A stretch of DNA of 64,000 nucleotides from an uncultured Planctomycetaceae bacterium. GTDB lineage: Bacteria > Planctomycetota > Phycisphaerae > SM23-33. The notes under the pieces are model-generated. The model was given only the letters and a program-made list of their open reading frames with translations, searched no databases and was not told the DNA's origin. Position 1 is the stretch's first letter; each line of letters begins with the position of its first letter. Position numbers and translations under genes: made by a program. Positions 1-10,015 of the stretch are shown here, in pieces. The stretch is taken from positions 12,705 through 76,704 of the forward strand of contig CAZVYJ010000001.1 of the NCBI GenBank assembly GCA_964631565.1, given 5' to 3'.

Positions 1-270
1 CGCGGTGCGGTCGTCGATTTCGCGTGTGACTACGGCCGATGCGCTGAACGCCGCGATGAGCAGCCCCGACACGAGCAGCGTGCTCAGGCCGAGGCTTATG
101 AGCATCTGCTGGTCGACTTTCGTGAACTCGCCGGAGGTGGACATGGTCCAGCCTGCCAGCGGCACGGAAAGAACCAGCACGCCCAGCGTCACGAGTATGA
201 GCACGCCGACGATCGGCTGGCGTATGGTCTGAACGAAAGTATTTCCGGCTATCGTTATGAAGCGAATCAT
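1..270 (-). CDS. ABC-2 type transporter permease, N-terminal part (gene runs off window start)
   Basis: Reverse translation from rc-ATG at ~268-270 gives MIRFITIAGNTFVQTIRQPIVGVLILVTLGVLVLSVPLAGW..., a hydrophobic polytopic N-terminus. No stop before position 1, so absent from ORF track. Divergent from the 456 operon across an AT-rich spacer. Confidence 0.45.
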   Translation of the reverse strand, partial: MIRFITIAGNTFVQTIRQPIVGVLILVTLGVLVLSVPLAGWTMSTSGEFTKVDQQMLISLGLSTLLVSGLLIAAFSASAVVTREIDDRTA

Positions 271-455
271 AATTGGTCCTGCAAAGATAGTACGTATTAT
301 TATTCAAATACGAAATGTGAAAAACAAAGTCTGAAACAAATTACGGAAATTGCAGAAAATCCGAAAAACCGCGCGGCCGGCCGAATGCACCGACAAGACC
401 GTCGAAAAACGTTCGGCTGCGGGCGGTTGTGCATATTTAACACGAGGTCCATGGC

Positions 456-2756
456 ATGTTGAGTCAAAAACGCGGAAAAAACGTCGCCCTGGCGGGCGGG
501 TTGTTCCAGATGATCTTCACTGCGGTGATGATAGCGGTCTGGCGGTACACCGGGTCGATATCGGCAATGTGCACGGCCTGGCTGCTCGCGGGCGGCGTTC
601 TGCTTTGGCTGATTGTTGCGGTGCTGTTCTACTTCAATGAACTTGCCCGCCGCGAAGAGCTGGAGCTTGAGGAAATCCAGTCCGGGCGGGGCGGGCACGG
701 CCCGACGATTTTCGAGGGCGAAGAAGGCGCCGAGATGCGGCACGCCATCCGCCGGGCCGACTGGATGAACAAGTGGGCCGTCCCGTTCGCCACGCTGCTT
801 CTGGCGTTCTGCCAGGCCGCCATAGCCGTAATCTCCATGCGGTTCCTGTTCACGCAGAGCGCTCCGGTCATTACGGAAATCGGACCGGCATCGCTTTTCC
901 TCGGTCTGACGGCGTTCCTGGCGTTTCTGTTCAGCCGCTACGCCACGGGCATGGGCGGTTCGAGCCAGTGGCGGTTTCTGCGGGCGACCGGCGGATACCT
1001 GCTGGTCTGCGTGATTTTCATCGCCGCCGTCGTGCTGTCGCTGCTGATGGCGGGGCAGGGATACGGCAACGTGGACCTCATCGTCGCATACGCCGTATGC
1101 ATCGTTCAGCTTGTGCTCGCCGTCGAGCTTACGCTTAATTTCGTACTCGACCTCTACCGCCCGCGGATTCCGGGCAAGGAATATCATCCGAGTTTCGAGA
1201 GCCGCGTGTTCAGCATTCTCGCCGAGCCGGACCGCGTCGGGCATTCAATCGCCGACACGCTGAATTACCAGTTCGGCTTCGAGGTTTCGCGAACGTGGTT
1301 TTACAGGCTGGTTTCCAAGGCGTTCGTGCCGCTGCTGATACTGGCCGTCCTGATAATGTTCGCCATGAGCAGCGTTGTGCTGGTCCAGCAGGGCCAGCAA
1401 TGCGTCGTCACCAGCCTGGGCCGTCTCCAGGAGCCGGCGCTGGGGCCCGGCCTGCACTTCAAGCTGCCCTGGCCTTTCGCCACGGAGAAACGATTCAACA
1501 CCGATGAGATTCACGAAATCATACTCGGCGTCGGCGAGGCCCGCGAGCCGACGATAATCAAGGGCCGCGAGCTTTACCTCTGGACCGAGGAGCACGGCAG
1601 CAGGCAGGAGCGTGATTTCCTTGTCGCCATCCAGCCGCCAAAGGACTGGAGCGAGCCTGGCGAAAACGCCAATGCCGACAAGGTGAAAACCCCGCCGGTG
1701 GCCATGATCAAGCTGGTTGTGGTCGTGTATTACAAAATCGCTGATGTGCGGGATTACGGCTACAACTACAAGGATTCACATTCGGTTCTCGAGTCCCTGG
1801 CGTATCGCGAAATGACGCGCTACTACGCCAGCGCCACGCTGATGGACCCTATTCGCGACAAGACGTCCGGCGGCAAGGACAGGCCTGAGGCGATAATGAC
1901 GTTCGGCCGCCAGAAAGCCGCGGACAATCTCCGCAGGCTTATTCAGGCCAGGGCCGATGACATGAAGCTTGGCGTAACCATAACGCACGTCGGGATAATT
2001 TCGTCGCATCCGCCCGCCAAGGCTGCGCCGGCCTTCGAAAATGTCGCCAAGGCCGAGCGCGCCCGCGATTCAAAACGTTACGAAGCCGAGGCCGAGGCGA
2101 GCTACATGCTCGCCGGCGTCGCCGGCGACGTGGGCGAGGCGCTGCGGCTGGCCCAGGAGATAACAAAGCTCGAACAGCTTACCGACCTCTCGCGTGCCGA
2201 CGCAGCCGATGTGGGTGCGCTGGTCGATAAATACATCGCGCAGACGCAGGAGGATATAGGCCTGCTCGACAAGGAAATCGAGCGCGAGCGTATTTTGGGG
2301 CGGACCGCATCAAGCAAGATATGGCAGGACAACCAGGCCCTGCGCAAAAAGTCGGTCGCGTACCTGGATGTCCTGAAGCAGATAAAGGCGAACCCAGCCG
2401 GCTTCAACTTCACAGCCGCCGTCGAGGAGTCACAAAAGCACGCCGAGGACATGCTTGACCGCGCACGCGGTGAGCCGGCGAAACTCATCGCTGAGGCCGA
2501 GGCGGAACGCTGGCAGAAAGAACTCGGCGAGCGGGCACGGGCAGAAACGTTCTCCAGGCACCTGCTGGCGTACCGGGCCAGCCCGGACATGTACATTCTC
2601 GACCGCTGGCTCGATACATGGGACGAAGTGCTCAAAAGAGCCGCCAGCAAGCAGGTCATCGCAGTCGATCCCAACAAGGTCGAGCTCTGGCTGGACTGGA
2701 AATGGAAATCCGACCTGATGCAGGGCGTCACTTTCGAGAAAGAAAAGAAGGAATAA
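456..2756 (+). CDS. SPFH/band-7 (HflK/HflC-like) domain protein fused to an N-terminal ~8-TM domain and a long C-terminal coiled-coil region
   Basis: ATG at 456 after gaggtcc. Residues 1-290 are multi-TM. Central VVTSLGRLQEPALGPGLHFKLPWPFATEK...IHEI is the HflK/HflC SPFH signature. The C-terminus is charged and helix-rich. Confidence 0.7.
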   Translation: MLSQKRGKNVALAGGLFQMIFTAVMIAVWRYTGSISAMCTAWLLAGGVLLWLIVAVLFYFNELARREELELEEIQSGRGGHGPTIFEGEEGAEMRHAIRRADWMNKWAVPFATLLLAFCQAAIAVISMRFLFTQSAPVITEIGPASLFLGLTAFLAFLFSRYATGMGGSSQWRFLRATGGYLLVCVIFIAAVVLSLLMAGQGYGNVDLIVAYAVCIVQLVLAVELTLNFVLDLYRPRIPGKEYHPSFESRVFSILAEPDRVGHSIADTLNYQFGFEVSRTWFYRLVSKAFVPLLILAVLIMFAMSSVVLVQQGQQCVVTSLGRLQEPALGPGLHFKLPWPFATEKRFNTDEIHEIILGVGEAREPTIIKGRELYLWTEEHGSRQERDFLVAIQPPKDWSEPGENANADKVKTPPVAMIKLVVVVYYKIADVRDYGYNYKDSHSVLESLAYREMTRYYASATLMDPIRDKTSGGKDRPEAIMTFGRQKAADNLRRLIQARADDMKLGVTITHVGIISSHPPAKAAPAFENVAKAERARDSKRYEAEAEASYMLAGVAGDVGEALRLAQEITKLEQLTDLSRADAADVGALVDKYIAQTQEDIGLLDKEIERERILGRTASSKIWQDNQALRKKSVAYLDVLKQIKANPAGFNFTAAVEESQKHAEDMLDRARGEPAKLIAEAEAERWQKELGERARAETFSRHLLAYRASPDMYILDRWLDTWDEVLKRAASKQVIAVDPNKVELWLDWKWKSDLMQGVTFEKEKKE

Positions 2757-2814
2757 CTGGTAGAAATTCTCAGACATTGGAATCAACAAGGTCTGAATAC
2801 CGAGGAATACGGAC

Positions 2815-3777
2815 ATGAACAAACATATAGGATTGGTGATACTGGCTTCTCTGGTCATGTTGCTGCTGCTGGCTTATACGGTCACGTTCGTGGTCGATCA
2901 GCCCAGCGACATAATAGTGCTGACTACATTCGGGCAGGCCAGCGCAAGCGATGTATACGAGGGTGCGGAGGGGGCCGGCTGGCACTTGAAGTGGCCGTAC
3001 CCGATACAGCGTGCAGTGCGCCTGGAGAAACGCCGCATTCGCGTTTACGACCCCAACGACGCGGTCTACACGTCGGACGGGCAGGAGCTTGTCGTCAGCG
3101 CGTTCTGCATATGGGAAATAGACAAGCCGGTCGACTTCCTCTCCAACATCAAATCGGAAGCCGCCGCGTCTGAGCGCATCAGCAACCTGCTCCGCAGCAG
3201 CAAGAAGGAAATCTTCTCCAGCCGCAGCATGTCGCAGATCGTCAATACCGATCCGGACATGATGAAGCTTGGCGACATTGAGAACGAGATAGCGACCCGG
3301 CTGAAATCCTTCGTTGATGATGAAAAGTACGGCGTCAGGATCGTGCAGGTCGGAATCGAGAGAATGACGCTCACCACGGCGATAACCGAACAGGTTATCG
3401 AAACCATGAAGAAGGAACGCGAGCAGTTCGCCAAGACCTACGAGACCGAAGGCGATGCTGAGGCGACAGCGATAAAATCCCGCGCCGAGAGCGCCCGCAA
3501 GCGGATAATCGCGTTTGCCGAGCGCCACGCCAGGGACATCCGGGCCGAAGGCGAGCGGGCCGCCGCACGCGAATACAGCAAGTTCGAGGAATTCCCGCAG
3601 TTGAGCATGTTCCTGCGATACATAGACACGCTTAAGGCCGGGCTGAAAGACAACACGACGATTTTCCTGGACGGCTCGAAGATAGAGGCGATCGGCTGGT
3701 TCCGGGAAGGGGCGTCGCTGCCAAAAGGCCCGCCGATAAAGCTCGATGAAAAGGCCGGCGCCGGCGACAAGAAGTAG
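2815..3777 (+). CDS. HflC-like SPFH/band-7 membrane protein
   Basis: N-terminal TM anchor. VVDQPSDIIVLTTFGQ... and FLRYIDTLKAGLKDNTTIFL resemble the HflC C-terminal motif. 58-nt gap to the upstream gene, same strand. Confidence 0.7.
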   Translation: MNKHIGLVILASLVMLLLLAYTVTFVVDQPSDIIVLTTFGQASASDVYEGAEGAGWHLKWPYPIQRAVRLEKRRIRVYDPNDAVYTSDGQELVVSAFCIWEIDKPVDFLSNIKSEAAASERISNLLRSSKKEIFSSRSMSQIVNTDPDMMKLGDIENEIATRLKSFVDDEKYGVRIVQVGIERMTLTTAITEQVIETMKKEREQFAKTYETEGDAEATAIKSRAESARKRIIAFAERHARDIRAEGERAAAREYSKFEEFPQLSMFLRYIDTLKAGLKDNTTIFLDGSKIEAIGWFREGASLPKGPPIKLDEKAGAGDKK

Positions 3778-3804
3778 GACCTGGAATATCCGGAGACAGC
3801 TGAC

Positions 3805-5121
3805 ATGGCTGAAAAAATACATAATCATGACAACTGCCCGCACGGCCGCCATCATCGCGACGATGGGTACGAGCCTGTGATTCAGGACGCCGCCTCGCAA
3901 AGCCTCGCCAAGGCGCTGAAAGCGAGCTTCAGGCTGCTTTCGCTGATAATGATTCTCATTATGGCGGCGTTCCTCGCGACCGGCCTGAAGACCATAAAGC
4001 AGAATCAGCGGGGCATAATCAAGATGTTCGGCCGGGTCGTTGGGGAGGTAGGCCCGGGCCTGGCGCACGCCTGGCCGTTCCCGATAGGCGAGATAGACGT
4101 CGTCGATGTAAGCGTGCAGAAGTTTGAGATGGACGATTTCTGGATTAACGAGACGGCCAAGGATCTCGCCACGCCGTGGGAGCAGAGAACGGCCTACAGG
4201 GGCGGGCTTAAGCCCGGCCTGGACGGCATGCTCATTACCGGCGACAGGGCGATACTGCACATGAAACTGGCATGTTCGTACCAGGTGAGTGAGCCGATAA
4301 AGTTCCGCGAAAGCATGGTCGACCCAGAGGCGACCGTCCGGTCGGTGATATGCTCCGCCGCGATCAAGGCCGTCGCGCATCGAACCGCCAGCGCCATAAT
4401 GACCGGCGAGTCGACCGCGCTTGTGAACGAAATCAAGAAAAACGCGAACGACGCCCTCGGCGAAGGCGGCCTGGACTGCGGAATAGTCCTGACGACGCTC
4501 AGTCTGCCGCAGCACAGCCCGACCTGGCCTCTGGGCGCCAAAGCCGCCTTCGACAAGGCGCAGAACGCGACCAACGTTCGTGAAGGCAAAATCAAGGACG
4601 CCTACGGCGAGGCGAAAACCATACTGCAACAGGCTGCCGGCAATGCGTATAAAGAGCTTGTCGGTTCGTTCGAACCTACGGAGGAGAAACCCACGGGGGT
4701 TCCGCTTATAGTGGCCTACGAGAAGGCCCGCGAAAATGGTAACGACGAGGAAGCCGCCATATACCTTGAGAAAATCAACAATATTCTCCTCAGTGGAGAA
4801 ACTGGCGGTGAGGCCAAGAGCATCATCGAGGACGCGAAGGCGTACAGGACGGGCATCGTCCAGGCCGTCCAGGGCCGCGCCGAAAAATTCGAAAAGCTCC
4901 TACCCGAATTCCGCAAATATCCCGACCTGATGGTGCAGAGGCTCTGGGCCGAGACCGTTGAGGAGATACTCAGCTCGCCCACGGTCGAAAAAATCATCAT
5001 CCGCGTCGGCGACCAGGTGATAAATATCCAGGCGAACCAGCCTCCGGCCGTCGCACGAAAAATGCTGGAAGAGGCGATTAAAAAGAGCAAAGAGCAGAAT
5101 AAAAAGGAAGGCGAGAAATAA
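3805..5121 (+). CDS. HflK-like SPFH/band-7 membrane protein
   Basis: RBS ggagacagctgac before ATG. TM anchor followed by IIKMFGRVVGEVGPGLAHAWPFPIGEIDVVDVSVQ (HflK-type SPFH), then a long charged tail. Confidence 0.7.
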   Translation: MAEKIHNHDNCPHGRHHRDDGYEPVIQDAASQSLAKALKASFRLLSLIMILIMAAFLATGLKTIKQNQRGIIKMFGRVVGEVGPGLAHAWPFPIGEIDVVDVSVQKFEMDDFWINETAKDLATPWEQRTAYRGGLKPGLDGMLITGDRAILHMKLACSYQVSEPIKFRESMVDPEATVRSVICSAAIKAVAHRTASAIMTGESTALVNEIKKNANDALGEGGLDCGIVLTTLSLPQHSPTWPLGAKAAFDKAQNATNVREGKIKDAYGEAKTILQQAAGNAYKELVGSFEPTEEKPTGVPLIVAYEKARENGNDEEAAIYLEKINNILLSGETGGEAKSIIEDAKAYRTGIVQAVQGRAEKFEKLLPEFRKYPDLMVQRLWAETVEEILSSPTVEKIIIRVGDQVINIQANQPPAVARKMLEEAIKKSKEQNKKEGEK

Positions 5122-5158
5122 TTCGAAATAACCGTTCGACTCGCCGGAATTCAACGAT

Positions 5159-6364
5159 ATGGCCGAAAGCTATGACAACGTGGTTGTCGTCAAAAGACTG
5201 ACGAAGGTTTTTCGCGACTTCTGGCTGCGCGAGAAGGTGACTGCCGTCGCCGACCTCGACCTGGAAATCCGCTCGAAGGAAGTGTTCGGCCTGCTGGGGC
5301 CTAACGGCTCCGGCAAGAGCACCACGCTGAAGATGGTCCTCGGCCTGCTGTTTCCGACTCGCGGCGTGATATCGGTGTTCGGCAAGCGCCCGACCGACGT
5401 CGGCACGAAGGCCCGCATCGGCTATCTGCCGGAGGAATCGTATCTTTATCCGTTCCTCAACGCCGTCGAGACGCTGGACTTTTACGGGCGCCTGTTTCAC
5501 CAGTCGCGGCACATCCGCAAGGGCAGAATCGAGATGCTCCTGGACATGGTCGGCCTTGCCGCCGTGGCGTACCGCCGCGTAGGCGAGTATTCCAAGGGCA
5601 TGCAGCGGCGCATCGGTCTGGCACAGGCGCTGATAAACGACCCGGACCTGCTCATACTCGACGAGCCGACTGCCGGAATGGACCCCATCGGCACGCGGCA
5701 GATAAAAGACCTCATCGGCGAGCTGGCGAAGCGCGGCAAGACTGTCATTTTGTCCAGCCACCTGCTCGCCGACGTGGAAGACGTGTGCGACCGCGTGTGC
5801 ATTCTTTACGGCGGCCGGCAGCGGCGGCTTGGAAGCATCGACGAACTGCTCGCCCGCCGCACACAGACGCAGATAACCATCGACGACCTTGACCCAGCGA
5901 CGCTCGCCGAAGTTCGGCAGCTGCTTGAAAAGGCCGGCAAGGAAGCCGAAATCACCACGCCTCGCGACAGGCTCGAGTCGCTCTTCCTGCGGATTGTCCG
6001 CGAGGCGAAAGAGAAAAAACTCGCCACCGGCGGTGCTGTGTCCGGCGGGCAGGTCGCGGAATTTCTCCGGGCCGAACCGGCCGAGGGCAGCCGCGTCATT
6101 ACCGAGCTTATCACCCGCGCCGAGCCGGTCCCGGCCAACCAGCCTGCCGAGGAGCCTCAGCTCCCGCCGGCGGAAGAGCAGCCCGCACGTGACGTGCTCG
6201 ACGAACTTACCGCCGGCAAGGAGCCGCCGGCCCCGGCCGCCGAGCCGCAGCCCGAAACTCCGCCTGCTGCCGCGAAAAACGCGACACGGCAGGACGATGC
6301 CGACAGAGGCTTTATCGACGGGCTTATCGGCGGTGCCGACAAATCCAACTCGGAGGATTCATAA
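5159..6364 (+). CDS. ABC transporter ATP-binding protein with Pro/Ala/Glu-rich C-terminal extension
   Basis: Walker A GPNGSGKST, signature YSKGMQRR, Walker B LLILDEPTAGMD, H-loop SSHLL. The ~130-aa low-complexity tail (PAEEPQLPPAEEQPA...) is unusual. Confidence 0.9.
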   Translation: MAESYDNVVVVKRLTKVFRDFWLREKVTAVADLDLEIRSKEVFGLLGPNGSGKSTTLKMVLGLLFPTRGVISVFGKRPTDVGTKARIGYLPEESYLYPFLNAVETLDFYGRLFHQSRHIRKGRIEMLLDMVGLAAVAYRRVGEYSKGMQRRIGLAQALINDPDLLILDEPTAGMDPIGTRQIKDLIGELAKRGKTVILSSHLLADVEDVCDRVCILYGGRQRRLGSIDELLARRTQTQITIDDLDPATLAEVRQLLEKAGKEAEITTPRDRLESLFLRIVREAKEKKLATGGAVSGGQVAEFLRAEPAEGSRVITELITRAEPVPANQPAEEPQLPPAEEQPARDVLDELTAGKEPPAPAAEPQPETPPAAAKNATRQDDADRGFIDGLIGGADKSNSEDS

Positions 6365-6366
6365 CG

Positions 6367-8049
6367 ATGCGCAGTATATGGGCCGTCGCGAGACAGACGC
6401 TCGCTCAGTGCCTGCGCATGAAGGTGGCCGGCGTGTTCATCGTGCTGCTGGCCGTCGTGGTTACGGCGCTGCCTTTCACCCTAAAGGGCGACGGCACGCT
6501 GGCAGGGCAGATCAGGACATTCCTTTCATACAGCGTTTCAATGACGACTGTGTTGCTCACTATCGTCACCATTTTTCTGTCGGTCGGCGTGGTTTCGTCC
6601 GACGTGCAGGACAAGCAGGTGTTCCTGCTGGCCGTCAAGCCGCTGGGGAGAGGCGAATACGTGCTCGGCCGATGGCTGGGCGTGGTGGTGTTCGACGCGA
6701 TACTGATACTGGCTTCCGGCGCGATAATTTACGGACTGGCGCAGCATCTTCGCGGCGGCAAGGTCATGAACGATAACGACCGCCGCGCCGTCGAAATGGA
6801 AATATTCTCATCGCGGGCCAAAGTCAGGCCGGACTCCATCGAGGGAGATATAGAAAAAAACATCCTCGATCGAATCGGCAGGCTGAAGCAGGAAGGCAGA
6901 TACGATGCTTCGCTTGATGCGTATAAGGAGCGAACCGGCGGCGACCGTCAGGCCGCCGAGGTGATGCTGCTGGATGAAATCCGCCAGCAGGTCACTGAGG
7001 ATCTCCAGTCGGTCAAACCGGGCGAAAGCATGACGCTTGTTTTCAGCGGCATCCGGCCGCAGGGCGGCGAGGTGCACGGCAAGGGAACTGTAGGCCAGGT
7101 CGTCGAAGACAATGCGAACAAGCTCGTCTATTTCGAAATGTCGACGTCGCGGCGATTCCTTGGACAGCTCATCGCCGGCTATCCTCTGCGGATCGCGGAC
7201 CGCGACGCATGGGTCAGCGAGCTTCGCAGGGAAACCTTCGTGGGCGTCATGCATGCCGACGACGCCGAACGCATAACTTTGAAAACCGGCGAGGAAATGC
7301 AGCTCACCGCCGAGCCGGTCATACAGATAAGCTACCAGCTGAAGCCTTCACAGACCCCGCCGAACGAGCGCCAGCTTTACGGCGAATGGGAAGTCGCCGG
7401 CGGCGACATAACCAAAAAAAATGAGAATACCGAAAGCAGCGAAAGGTATCTTCCGCTGCCTCGCCGCGACCCCATCCGCGTCCAGACGACGCTCATAGCG
7501 TCGGCCAGGGTGGTCGGCAAGGACGGCAAAATATCGGTCACGTACACCAACAGGCCCGATCCCCAGACCGGCTTCGTAACCGCCGTTACGCTGGACCGCA
7601 ATGACGCCGCGGTTCTCTACCGCATCGGCTCGTTCGAGATGAACTTTGTTCACGGGCTTATGCTGATTCTGTTCCAGATGATGTTCATGGCGGCCGTCGG
7701 CGTGATGGCCGGCACGTTTCTGTCGTTCGCCGTGGGCTGCATACTTTCGTTCGCCGTTCTGCCGTTCAGCCTCGCCCGGGCGTTTCTTTCCGATGCCGTC
7801 AGGCTGAGCGAGAGCAGGGAAAACGACGTGTGGACCGTCGGCGGGCACTACATATATAAAGTGATGGCCGCCGTTCTGCCCGACCTCGGCAGCATATCGG
7901 TGTCGGACTTCCTTGTGGACGGCGTCGCGATATCATGGTCTCTGGTCGGAACCTCGGCCCTGTGGACAATCGGCGTGCGCACGGCGCTGGTGCTCGTTGT
8001 CGCATGCCTGATATTCTACAGGCGCGAGCTTGCGAGAGTTCAGGTGTAG
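6367..8049 (+). CDS. ABC-2 family permease with large (~270 aa) extracytoplasmic loop
   Basis: ATG 2 nt after the upstream stop. Hydrophobic N-terminal helices, a long soluble insert (res ~130-400), then 4-5 C-terminal TM helices. Confidence 0.65.
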   Translation: MRSIWAVARQTLAQCLRMKVAGVFIVLLAVVVTALPFTLKGDGTLAGQIRTFLSYSVSMTTVLLTIVTIFLSVGVVSSDVQDKQVFLLAVKPLGRGEYVLGRWLGVVVFDAILILASGAIIYGLAQHLRGGKVMNDNDRRAVEMEIFSSRAKVRPDSIEGDIEKNILDRIGRLKQEGRYDASLDAYKERTGGDRQAAEVMLLDEIRQQVTEDLQSVKPGESMTLVFSGIRPQGGEVHGKGTVGQVVEDNANKLVYFEMSTSRRFLGQLIAGYPLRIADRDAWVSELRRETFVGVMHADDAERITLKTGEEMQLTAEPVIQISYQLKPSQTPPNERQLYGEWEVAGGDITKKNENTESSERYLPLPRRDPIRVQTTLIASARVVGKDGKISVTYTNRPDPQTGFVTAVTLDRNDAAVLYRIGSFEMNFVHGLMLILFQMMFMAAVGVMAGTFLSFAVGCILSFAVLPFSLARAFLSDAVRLSESRENDVWTVGGHYIYKVMAAVLPDLGSISVSDFLVDGVAISWSLVGTSALWTIGVRTALVLVVACLIFYRRELARVQV

Positions 8050-8055
8050 GAAAGT

Positions 8056-9963
8056 ATGAGTTTGCAGTCGCAGAAAATACGGTGGGTCTGGCTGGCGATT
8101 GCCGCCGCGGGCATCGCCTCGGCCGGCCTCCTGCACGCGCCGCTCGACGAGCTGAGCGAGAAATACGAACTCGAGCCAATCGACAAGGGAACCATCGAGC
8201 GATACCCGCAGCTGGCGCTTCTCCAGACTGCGCCGGGCGGCCTGCGGGCGATTGCCGTCAACTATCTCTGGATACGCTCGCAGGATTTCAAGGAGCAGGG
8301 GCGTTTCTACGATGCCATGCAGCTGGCCACCACGATATGCTACCTCCAGCCGCGATTTGAAGGCGTATGGGCGTTCAACTCGTGGAATATGGCGTGGAAT
8401 ATTTCCGTAGCCACTCACACGCCCGAGGAGCGATGGCAGTGGGTGTACAACGGCGTGAAGCTTCTGCGCGACGACGGAATACCGATGAACCGCCGCTCGC
8501 TGCTGCTGTACAAGGAGCTGGCGTGGATATTCTTCTTCAAGATGGGCCAGTATACCGACGACATGCACATGGTCTACAAGCAGCGGTGGGGCGGCGAAAT
8601 GCAGGATTTGCTGTCTTCACCGCCGTACGGCGGCACGAAGGATGTAATCGACGCCTTCCGCCCGATAGCTGCCGCCCCGCTGGACAAGGACATCAGAAGG
8701 CAGGGTCTCGAAGAGATTCAGCCGGACATGCGCGACCAACTGCTTTCCGATGCGGAACTGGCCGATTACGCCGGTAAGCTGCAGGCCGTCGGCGTCGGCG
8801 TGGACCGCTCGCTGCTCGACGCCTACAACCGCGTCAGCATGGCTCCCGATGCGTATCTGTATCGCCTGGATGTCCCTAAGCAGGAGACCGATGAGGAAAA
8901 AACGCTGTTTGAACTCATAAACGGCAGCGCCTACGCCGCACAGAGAACGAAGCTGCTTGCCTTCGTCAGGGCGCAGATTCTCTGGAACAAATACAAAATG
9001 GACCCGGCCTGGATGCTGGACCTGATGGTCCGACTGGACGCGCCGCTGGACTGGCGTCATGTCTATTCGCATTCGCTGTACTGGGTCACATACGGCATAC
9101 ACGTGTGCGACAGCCTGGGAATGTCGGACATCATCGCGCTGAATACCGACCGCATCGTTCTGAACTCGCTCAAGGAAATGACCTGGACGGGCAGGCTCAT
9201 ACTTACGCGAAATCCGCGCAACCCCGACATGCCGGACCTGCGCTGGCTGGCCGACTTCAGATTTGTCGAGCCGACACAGACGGAATATATGCGAATCATA
9301 AACGCCATAGCGTCAAGCAAGGCTGCCGACGACGAGAAAAACGATTTCGAAAGCGGGCATATAAACTATCTCGCGACCGCCATCGCGGGACTGTACGCCG
9401 ATTACCAGCGGGACGAGGCGCAGAAGTACTTCGACTGGATAAAGAGCTATTACAGGAAAACCGGCGAAGAGTGGGACATGCCGCTGGGCGATTTTGTTGC
9501 TTACCGCCTGAACAAGGAAGGCAGCCCGATTCGCGACATCGCCGACAGCCAGATAACCGCCGCCCTGAGAACGTGGCTGAGGCTCACCGCGGCCAACCAG
9601 CCGGACGAGGCCCGGCAGAGCCTGCAGTATGCCATGATGGTTTACGACATATACGCCAAAAATGTGACCGCCGACCGCATGAAGCAAGCTGAGTTTCTTT
9701 CCATATTAAGCTCCGTGGCGGCCGAGGTGCTCATCAGGCCGGAAACCCTGGGCTTCCATATACCGCTTGCTGACCGATCCAGGGTGTACAGAATGCTCAA
9801 CGAAAACGTCCAGACGCTGATTTACGACAGCATAGACATTTATCTCCGTCCGCTGTGCGATGAGCAGAATTACGATTTCGACAAGGCGTTCCCGATGCCC
9901 GAAAGTCTGAAAAAGTACCGCGAAAAACTCCATGAGAGGATAAAAGTGGAGAAGAATAAGTAA
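8056..9963 (+). CDS. hypothetical membrane-anchored protein (635 aa), operon partner of the ABC/SPFH genes
   Basis: 6-nt gap after the permease. N-terminal signal/anchor WVWLAIAAAGIASAGLL. No recognisable catalytic motif. Trp/Tyr-rich. Confidence 0.55.
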   Translation: MSLQSQKIRWVWLAIAAAGIASAGLLHAPLDELSEKYELEPIDKGTIERYPQLALLQTAPGGLRAIAVNYLWIRSQDFKEQGRFYDAMQLATTICYLQPRFEGVWAFNSWNMAWNISVATHTPEERWQWVYNGVKLLRDDGIPMNRRSLLLYKELAWIFFFKMGQYTDDMHMVYKQRWGGEMQDLLSSPPYGGTKDVIDAFRPIAAAPLDKDIRRQGLEEIQPDMRDQLLSDAELADYAGKLQAVGVGVDRSLLDAYNRVSMAPDAYLYRLDVPKQETDEEKTLFELINGSAYAAQRTKLLAFVRAQILWNKYKMDPAWMLDLMVRLDAPLDWRHVYSHSLYWVTYGIHVCDSLGMSDIIALNTDRIVLNSLKEMTWTGRLILTRNPRNPDMPDLRWLADFRFVEPTQTEYMRIINAIASSKAADDEKNDFESGHINYLATAIAGLYADYQRDEAQKYFDWIKSYYRKTGEEWDMPLGDFVAYRLNKEGSPIRDIADSQITAALRTWLRLTAANQPDEARQSLQYAMMVYDIYAKNVTADRMKQAEFLSILSSVAAEVLIRPETLGFHIPLADRSRVYRMLNENVQTLIYDSIDIYLRPLCDEQNYDFDKAFPMPESLKKYREKLHERIKVEKNK

Positions 9964-10015
9964 CTCAAATCGATCGCCCCCGAAAGGCCGGTCAGGGAAA
10001 AGATTGATTGGTTGG

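Noticed and set aside
5-232. 75-aa plus-strand ORF at window start
   Set aside because: Antisense to the partial ABC-2 permease N-terminus, which reads cleanly on the minus strand.
300-1244. 314-aa minus-strand ORF overlapping the divergent promoter and 5-prime end of the 456 gene
   Set aside because: Low-complexity Arg/Pro-rich product that crosses an AT-rich intergenic region. Antisense shadow.
2770-4629. 619-aa minus-strand ORF antisense to the HflC/HflK-like genes
   Set aside because: Arg/Gly/Pro-rich GC-shadow translation with no motifs. The plus-strand genes have clear SPFH signatures and RBSs.
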